From Polyangia bacterium (GTDB lineage: Bacteria; Myxococcota_A; Polyangia; JAAYKL01), in NCBI GenBank assembly GCA_050304755.1, contig JBNLED010000095.1, forward strand, positions 7,635-71,634: a stretch of DNA of 64,000 nucleotides, given 5' to 3'. Of this stretch, positions 58,066-64,000 are shown one piece after another. The notes below the pieces were generated by a model, which did no database searches, was not told the origin of the DNA, and saw only the letters and a list, made by a program, of their open reading frames with translations. The number at the start of each line of letters is the position of its first letter. The stretch's first letter is position 1. The position numbers and the translations under genes were made by a program.

Positions 58066-61000
58066 ATGGCGCGCACATCCCGCTACGACATAGTCCCGGA
58101 CAAGCTCCTCGCCGCCAGGGAGGCGCTCTCCCGGATCCGCAACGGACAGACGATCTTCCTCGGCTCCGGGGTCGGCGAGCCCACCCTGCTCACAGACGCC
58201 CTCGCGGAGATGGCCGACGAGTTCAGGGATCTGGAGGTGATCCACCTCGCCGCCAATCTCCGGGAGTCCAAGCTGGCGCACCCCGACCTCGCCAGGAGCT
58301 TCCGCTTCAACACGTACTTCCTCGGCCAGGGCCTGTCGGACTTTTCGGAGGAGGGGGTGGTGGACTACACCCCGATGGATATCCTGGAGATGCCGTCAGC
58401 CCTCGCGAACGGCATCATCCACATAGACGTGGCCCTGGTGCATGTGTCACCGCCGGACTCCTTCGGGCTCTGCAGCCTCGGGGTCTCCGTGGACGCCACC
58501 CGGGCCGCGGTGATGCACGCCGACGTGGTCATCGCGCAGGTGAACGAGGAGATGCCGGTCACCCTGGGGGACTCCATGGTGCCGGTAGAGGACATCGATG
58601 TCTTCGTCCGGGGGGACCAGCCGCTGATGGAGATCCCATCGGCGGAGATCGATCCGGTGTCGCTCACGATAGGACGCCACATCGCCCGGCTCATCGAGGA
58701 CGGAATGACCCTCCACTTCGATCGGGGGCCCATCGGCTCTGCCACCATGCGCTACCTCGACACCCGTCGGGATCTCGGCATCCACACCGATGTGATGACC
58801 GATGAGATCCTAAGGCTCGTCAAGACCAAGGCGGTCTCCAACCGGGTGAAGAAGATCAACAAGGGGAAGTCCGTCGCCACCATGGTGGTGGGGAGCCGGG
58901 ATCTCTACAAGGCGGTGCACCGCAACCCCTACATCGAGATCCACCCCATTGACTATACCAACGACCCGTTCGTCATCGCTCAGCACGACAATATGGTGGC
59001 CGTCCATGCGGTGCAGGAGATGGAGCTCACCGGGATGGCCCGGGTGGATCAGGAGCGCCTCACGCCCTCCCATCTGCCGAGCAGCATGAGCTTCATCGAG
59101 GGCGCCCGCCGCTCCGAGAACGGCTTCACTATCCTCGCCCTCCCCTCCACCACGCCGAACGGGGAGCAGTCCCGCATCGTCCCCATCAGCAGCGGGAGGG
59201 GCTACTTCTACGCCCGGTCCAAAGTCGACTACGTGGTCACGGAGTACGGCGTGGTCCACCTGTTCGGCCTCAGCATCCGGGAGCGGGCCATCGCCCTCAT
59301 CCACATCGCGCACCCCAAGTTCCGCCCGCAGCTCCTCGAGGAGGCAAAGAAGCTCAAGTACGTGGGCCCGGAGCACGAGGTCATCCCGGAGTCCGGCGGG
59401 GTCTACCCGGACCGGTACGAGTTCACCCACACGTTCAAGGACAACACCGAGGTCTTCTTCCGCCCGGTCCGGCCGAGCGACGCCCGCCGCCTCCAGCGCC
59501 TCTTCTACTCCCTCTCCCCCAAGGACCGCCGGCTCCGGTACCACGGCACCATCAAGGCCCTCACCAATGAGGCGGCCCAGCGGATGGCCAACGTGGATTA
59601 CAGCCAGGACATGGCCCTCCTCGGGCTCGTGGGACCGAAGCGGAACCGGCGGGCCATCGCAGAGGGGCGCTACCTCTACAACCCGGCCAATAATATGGGC
59701 GAATTCGATATTGTGGTCCACGAGGCGTACCAGGGACGGGGCATCGCCACCTTCCTCGCCAACTACCTGAACAAGGCCGCCTACACCCGGGGGCTCGCCG
59801 GCGTCTATGCCTACATCATCACCCAGAACGAGGCCACCGTCGCCCTCCTCGCCAAGGCGTGGCCCACCGCGTGGAAGCACTGGGAGGACGGGGCCTGCAA
59901 CTTCGTCCTCAAGTTCCCGAAGGAGGATATCAGCCGCCCCAAGGACGCGATCATCCTCGATACGGTGAGCTCCGCCGAGTACTCTTATGGAGAGGATCAC
60001 CCCTTCGACCCCTCCCGGGCCAAGTTCGCCCTCCAGCTGATTCAGGATCAGGAGTGTTTGAACGAACCCTGGATGCGGGTGGAGAGCCCGGAGATCGTCC
60101 CGAAGCACCGCCTCTTCGAGTCCCACGACCCCGACTTCATCGAGGCCCTCGAGAAGGCGGGCACCGGCACATGGCGAAAAGAGTTCATCCGCTACGGTAT
60201 CGGCACCGAGGAGTGCCCCGTCTTTCCCGGGCTCTTCAACTACGTGCTGCTCTACTGCTCCGCCACCATCGCCGGCGTCAATCTCATCATCGAGGATCGG
60301 GCCAACGTGGTCTTCAACCCCCTCGGGGGGTTCCACCACTCCGGCCGGGATCACGCCGAGGGGTTCTGCTACGCCAATGACATCATCCTGGCCACGGACC
60401 TGTTCCTGGCGCGGGGCCATCGGGTGGCCTACATCGACATCGACGCCCACCACGGCAACGGCGTGCAGGACGCCTACTACCAGGACGACCGGGTGCTCAC
60501 CATCTCCCTCCACGAGAGCGGCCGCACCCTCTACCCCTGGGGCGGGTTCGAGGATGAAATCGGCGAGGGCATCGGCACCGGCTACACCATCAACGTACCA
60601 CTCCCCGAGGACACCGACGATGACGCCTACACCCAGGTGTTCGACCGGGTAGTGGTGCCGGCGGTGGAGCGGTTCAGCCCCACGGTGGTGGTGGTGGTGG
60701 TGGGCGCGGACACCCACAAGACGGATCCCCTCACCCACCTGAGTCTGAGCAACAACGGGATGGTGGCGGTGATGAAGAAGATCCGCGACTTCAGCCATCA
60801 TATGCTGCTCCTGGGGGGCGGCGGATACGATATGCAAGCCACCACCAGGGCCTGGTGCCGCATCTGGGCCGCGGCCAACCGCATCGACTCCCTGCCCGAC
60901 TACCTCCTGGTGTTGGGGGGAGCCTTCCTGGGGGACGGCGGGCTCCAGGGGGCCGACATCATCGACATGCCGTTCCTGATTACCGGAGAGAAGAAAGCGG

Positions 61001-61077
61001 CGATACTGGAGGAGCTGGACCGCATCGCGCGGTTCCATGAGGAGAAGACCATCCCGTTGATCCGGAAGAGCCGGTAG
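58066..61077 (+). CDS. Tri-domain fusion protein: acetyl-CoA hydrolase/transferase (family I CoA-transferase, 4-hydroxybutyrate-CoA-transferase-like), GNAT N-acetyltransferase, and histone-deacetylase-family (AcuC-like) deacetylase
   Basis: GAGAGG RBS before ATG 58066. aa 1-~440: IFLGSGVGEPT...YVVTEYGVVHLFGLSIRERAIALIHIAHPKFRPQLLEEAKKL (CoA-transferase N and C lobes). aa ~465-620: GNAT with motif A QGRGIATFL. aa ~640-1003: HDAC with GFCYANDIILA, DIDAHHGNGVQDAYY, LLLGGGGYD. Confidence 0.8.
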   Translation: MARTSRYDIVPDKLLAAREALSRIRNGQTIFLGSGVGEPTLLTDALAEMADEFRDLEVIHLAANLRESKLAHPDLARSFRFNTYFLGQGLSDFSEEGVVDYTPMDILEMPSALANGIIHIDVALVHVSPPDSFGLCSLGVSVDATRAAVMHADVVIAQVNEEMPVTLGDSMVPVEDIDVFVRGDQPLMEIPSAEIDPVSLTIGRHIARLIEDGMTLHFDRGPIGSATMRYLDTRRDLGIHTDVMTDEILRLVKTKAVSNRVKKINKGKSVATMVVGSRDLYKAVHRNPYIEIHPIDYTNDPFVIAQHDNMVAVHAVQEMELTGMARVDQERLTPSHLPSSMSFIEGARRSENGFTILALPSTTPNGEQSRIVPISSGRGYFYARSKVDYVVTEYGVVHLFGLSIRERAIALIHIAHPKFRPQLLEEAKKLKYVGPEHEVIPESGGVYPDRYEFTHTFKDNTEVFFRPVRPSDARRLQRLFYSLSPKDRRLRYHGTIKALTNEAAQRMANVDYSQDMALLGLVGPKRNRRAIAEGRYLYNPANNMGEFDIVVHEAYQGRGIATFLANYLNKAAYTRGLAGVYAYIITQNEATVALLAKAWPTAWKHWEDGACNFVLKFPKEDISRPKDAIILDTVSSAEYSYGEDHPFDPSRAKFALQLIQDQECLNEPWMRVESPEIVPKHRLFESHDPDFIEALEKAGTGTWRKEFIRYGIGTEECPVFPGLFNYVLLYCSATIAGVNLIIEDRANVVFNPLGGFHHSGRDHAEGFCYANDIILATDLFLARGHRVAYIDIDAHHGNGVQDAYYQDDRVLTISLHESGRTLYPWGGFEDEIGEGIGTGYTINVPLPEDTDDDAYTQVFDRVVVPAVERFSPTVVVVVVGADTHKTDPLTHLSLSNNGMVAVMKKIRDFSHHMLLLGGGGYDMQATTRAWCRIWAAANRIDSLPDYLLVLGGAFLGDGGLQGADIIDMPFLITGEKKAAILEELDRIARFHEEKTIPLIRKSR

Positions 61078-61251
61078 TTCCGAAACCCCTCCCCCGGCCC
61101 CTCCCCTATGCTATGAGGAGAGGGGGGTAAGACAGGAAGAAACCGAGGACTTCTCTTTTTTCTGACTCCCCCTTCCCTCTCAGGGAAGGGGGCTGGGGGG
61201 TTAGGTCTCTTTACGCTTACGGAATTAGGTCTTCTTACCGGAAAGGTCGAC

Positions 61252-61614
61252 CTATATCTGTTTGGGTATCGGCGGCGGGTGGACCGAACGCTCCCGGGCG
61301 AACTCCACCAGGTCCTCCAGGGCCGCCCGGGACTCATCGCTCATCTCGGTGAAGGCTATTCCGTAGCCCCCCTCTACATGCTCCCGGACGATCTCCCCCT
61401 GAATGCGGACGTTCTCCAGATCCGCCAGCGAGAAGATGTCGAGCTCCACCCGCCGGCCCACGCAGAGATGCTCCCGTCCCTCGGGCTCGCCGGAGAGGAG
61501 AAGACCGCTCATGCTGATGTTGCGGACATATAGGACATAGTTTATGCTTTCGCTATCCACGCGAACCTGAGCCATGAGATTGTACCGCGGGTGGCTGCGC
61601 CGTTCCTCTGCCAT
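61252..61614 (-). CDS. PilZ-domain protein (120 aa)
   Basis: GGAGGTGAGG RBS. MAEERRSHPRYN (RxxxR) and RNISMSGLLL (NxSxxG). Only this C-terminal part of the long 61252-62205 ORF is considered real; the upstream part overlaps the MATE gene in another frame. Confidence 0.65.
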   Translation of the reverse strand: MAEERRSHPRYNLMAQVRVDSESINYVLYVRNISMSGLLLSGEPEGREHLCVGRRVELDIFSLADLENVRIQGEIVREHVEGGYGIAFTEMSDESRAALEDLVEFARERSVHPPPIPKQI

Positions 61615-61643
61615 CCTCACCTCCACAGAGAACCATAGCCATT

Positions 61644-63002
61644 TCAGGCCGCTTCCACAAGTCGTAGGCGCTTCCACCTTCCGCTCTCGAAGCGGTAGAA
61701 GATGAAGGCGGCCTGCACCAGCATCATGACGCACATGCCCATCCAGGTGCCGACAACCCCGAGCCCCATGGAGATGGTCAGGGTGTAGACCAGCGGGATG
61801 CCCAGTCCCCAGTGCACCGCGATGACCACCCATAGGGTCCACCGGGTGTCCCCCGCCCCCCTCAACGCGCCGTATCCCACCATATTGATCCCGTCGAACA
61901 CCTGGAAGAGGGCCGCCGCATAGAGCAAGGTCGCGGTGGTCTCCATCACCTCCTCGGCCGTCGTGAACATCCCCGCGATGAGGTGGGGGGCCACCACGAA
62001 CAGGACGCCGCAGACCAGGGAGTAGCCGAACATCAGGAACACCGATCGGCGCCCCATCGCCATGGCCAGCTCGGCGCGCCGCTCCCCCTGATGGCGCCCC
62101 ACCAAAGTGGTGGCCGCCACCCCGATGCCGAACGCGACCATGAAGCTGACGCTCGTGATCCGCATGGCGACCTGGTTGGCCGCGAGGGCCGTATCCCCCA
62201 CCCATCCGACCACCACGGCGAACACCAGGTAGGCGCCCACCTCCATGAAGAACTGGACCCCCATGGGCAGCCCGATGGCGATCATCTTCCGGAGCAGCCG
62301 CCGCTCCCCGATGAAGGGCGAGCGACCGGCGCCGACGGGGATGCGGTGGGTCCCCCCGGGCCGGTGGATCACCACGACGAAGCAGAGGAACATGAACAGG
62401 TTGCTGAGGGCGGTGGCGAGGCCGGCCCCGGAGACCCCCATCGCCGGGAGGGGCCCCGCCCCGAAGATGAGCCCGTAGTCCGCCGCGATGTTGACGGCGT
62501 TGGCCGCGAGGCTAATCACCATGGGCGTCCGGGTGTCGCCCTTCCCTTCCAGGTAGGCATTGTAGGTCCAGTACCAGAACACCGGGAACAGGCCGATGAT
62601 GCGGAACAGCAGGTAGTCATACCCGAACCGGCACACCGGCGCGCTCAGGCCCGCGGCGGCGAACAGGGGCTCCGAGAGGTAGAGGGCCAGCCAGGTCGCG
62701 GCAGCCAGTATCGTGGCCAGCGTCATCCCGTGGCCGAGCACCGCCCGGCACATCCGCGGTCGCCCGGCGCCGTGGTACTGAGCGACAAGGGTATTGACCA
62801 CCCCGATGAGCCCCAGGCTGAACACGTAGAGCGTAAACATGAACGTGGTCGCGATCCCCACCGCCGCCTGCTCGGAGGCGCCGAGCCGCCCCACCATGGC
62901 CGTGTCCACGATCCCCATCGCGGTAAACGACAGCTTGGAGATGACCACCGGCGTGGCCAACTTCACGATCTCCTTCCATCTGCGCTTCTCGAACATCATC
63001 AT
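61644..63002 (-). CDS. MATE-family multidrug/toxin efflux transporter (NorM-like)
   Basis: MMMFEKRRWKEIVKLATPVVISKLSFTAMGIVDTAMVGRLGASEQAAVGIAT... with 12 TM helices, typical MATE. GGAGG RBS 13 nt upstream of ATG 63002. The ORF extends to 63116. Confidence 0.85.
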   Translation of the reverse strand: MMMFEKRRWKEIVKLATPVVISKLSFTAMGIVDTAMVGRLGASEQAAVGIATTFMFTLYVFSLGLIGVVNTLVAQYHGAGRPRMCRAVLGHGMTLATILAAATWLALYLSEPLFAAAGLSAPVCRFGYDYLLFRIIGLFPVFWYWTYNAYLEGKGDTRTPMVISLAANAVNIAADYGLIFGAGPLPAMGVSGAGLATALSNLFMFLCFVVVIHRPGGTHRIPVGAGRSPFIGERRLLRKMIAIGLPMGVQFFMEVGAYLVFAVVVGWVGDTALAANQVAMRITSVSFMVAFGIGVAATTLVGRHQGERRAELAMAMGRRSVFLMFGYSLVCGVLFVVAPHLIAGMFTTAEEVMETTATLLYAAALFQVFDGINMVGYGALRGAGDTRWTLWVVIAVHWGLGIPLVYTLTISMGLGVVGTWMGMCVMMLVQAAFIFYRFESGRWKRLRLVEAA

Positions 63003-63040
63003 CACCCTAAGCAAGCCTCCAAATACAAGCCCGATAAACG

Positions 63041-63076
63041 AAAAAACCCCGCGACCTCGAGAGGTGGCGGGGTTTG
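63041..63076 (-). terminator. Rho-independent terminator-like hairpin with U6 tract, between a 23-codon leader ORF and the MATE start (attenuator)
   Basis: Minus strand: AACCCCGCCACCTC-TCGA-GGTCGCGGGG-TTTTTT (10-bp GC-rich stem with one mismatch, tetraloop, six Ts). Confidence 0.55.
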
Positions 63077-63105
63077 CGTCCAATCGCACCGAATGTGCTA
63101 CGCGC

Positions 63106-63177
63106 TCATCCGCCACCTCCCGGGCGCACCGCCGCCCAGTCCTTCCGGGTGTCGATAATCTGATGAGTCGTGACCAT
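63106..63177 (-). CDS. Putative leader peptide (23 aa, MVTTHQIIDTRKDWAAVRPGGGG) upstream of the MATE gene
   Basis: ATG at 63177 with strong AGGAGAT SD 7 nt upstream. Its last 4 codons (GGGAGGTGGCGG) are perfectly complementary to the 5' arm (CCGCCACCTC) of the downstream terminator hairpin. Confidence 0.4.
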   Translation of the reverse strand: MVTTHQIIDTRKDWAAVRPGGGG

Positions 63178-63243
63178 TCGTATATCTCCTAACGGTTTTC
63201 AGCCTAAGCAGAGTTACCTCGAGAATGCAAGCCTATTTTTTTA

Positions 63244-64000
63244 TTATTGCCGGCGACGTTTGATCAGGCGACCGCCGGTGTGCCCCCAGATCCACACGAG
63301 GGTGACGCCGGTGTAGGGCATCAGCAGCGGCAGCACCGGAAACATATACCGGGAGTGGCACACCGTGGGGAGGTGCACCGCGATGAGACACCCCACCGGG
63401 ACGAGCCAGAGGTACCGCGCCCATCGGTTCCGCCAGCCGAGGACGAGACCGAACAGCGAGAGGCCCCAGAGGCTCCGTGAGAGCCAGCGCATCTTCTCCC
63501 GCATGGCCTGGTCTTCCTGCAGAGGCCAGGGAGGGAAGATGGAGTTCCGAAAGAAGCTGAAGAGCCCGAGGAGCCTGGCGGGCATCGAGGTGAAGATCCT
63601 GTCGCCGTGCTCCGCCCGCCACGTCTCGAACCACTCCCGGTTCTTCTCGTTCAGCTCGATGAGCTGGTCCGGACCGTAGTGTCGCTTCCAGTGGAGGAAG
63701 TAGAGCTTGTTGACCCGCGGCAGTCGCTGGCCCGGATCGAGGAGGTGCTCCCGGTAGCGCTTCATGTCGAAGACCCGGCTCGCATAGAGCCCCACCGGCG
63801 TCGGCGAGAAGGAGAGGCCGAGGGAGGCGTTCCGGGCGGACCAGGCGAGCACCGGCGCCCCCAGGAGCGCGCTGAACACCGCCACCGTCATCCAGGCGGA
63901 AACAGCGCGCCACCGCCCCCACAGGGCGACCCCCGCGATATACCCGCCGGCGATGAGCGCCATGGGGGCCATGGCCGAACGGTTGAGGGTAAGCGACGCG
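63244..64000 (-). CDS. Polytopic membrane protein, C-terminal part (possibly ArnT/PMT-like GT39-family glycosyltransferase); 5' end beyond window
   Basis: Open to the window end. TM-rich sequence with a loop region ...RVFDMKRYREHLLDPGQRLPRVNKLYFLHWKRHYGPDQLIELNEKNREWFETWR. Family assignment tentative. Confidence 0.35.
   Translation of the reverse strand, partial: ASLTLNRSAMAPMALIAGGYIAGVALWGRWRAVSAWMTVAVFSALLGAPVLAWSARNASLGLSFSPTPVGLYASRVFDMKRYREHLLDPGQRLPRVNKLYFLHWKRHYGPDQLIELNEKNREWFETWRAEHGDRIFTSMPARLLGLFSFFRNSIFPPWPLQEDQAMREKMRWLSRSLWGLSLFGLVLGWRNRWARYLWLVPVGCLIAVHLPTVCHSRYMFPVLPLLMPYTGVTLVWIWGHTGGRLIKRRRQ

Noticed and set aside
61615-62205. Upstream two-thirds of the 317-aa ORF at 61252-62205
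   Set aside because: Overlaps the MATE transporter gene in a different frame and is Gly/Arg-rich. Only the C-terminal 120 codons (PilZ domain with its own RBS) are credible.

Overview
High-GC (~62%) bacterial chromosomal window, probably from an uncultivated lineage rich in TPR, LRR, lipoprotein and outer-membrane beta-barrel genes. Housekeeping anchors are rho-rpmE-DUF1385-prfA (8.6-11.3 kb), rph-rdgB (30.4-31.7 kb), ggt (48.0-49.6 kb) and a tRNA-Gly(CCC). Other recognisable content: an OppA/B/C-type peptide ABC importer without ATPase genes, and a c-di-GMP signalling neighbourhood (response regulator-GAF-HD-GYP plus histidine kinase, and three PilZ-domain proteins, one translationally coupled to a single-HKD phospholipase-D-family protein). 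Also GH5, MFS (LplT-like), MATE, TauE/SafE, a spermidine-synthase-like membrane protein and a PAP2_C protein. The most unusual items are listed here. (1) A ~3,470-aa all-TPR giant protein (12.2-22.7 kb) preceded by TPR-lipoprotein and HEAT-repeat genes; this three-gene module is bracketed by inverted copies of a REP-like hairpin repeat family. (2) A 1,003-aa fusion of acetyl-CoA hydrolase/transferase, GNAT acetyltransferase and HDAC-type deacetylase. (3) A PilZ-PLD(HKD) operon. (4) A tightly coupled four-gene operon of uncharacterised membrane proteins that looks like a duplicated bitopic+polytopic pair. (5) A leader-peptide / anti-terminator / terminator attenuator upstream of the MATE efflux gene. 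(6) Two neighbouring secreted-protein genes each interrupted by a single in-frame stop codon. (7) A lipoprotein with a slippage-prone Asp-Thr/Ser repeat tract. Long ORFs antisense to real genes, especially inside the giant TPR gene, are GC-driven shadow ORFs and were not called. No transposase, integrase or CRISPR array was seen.
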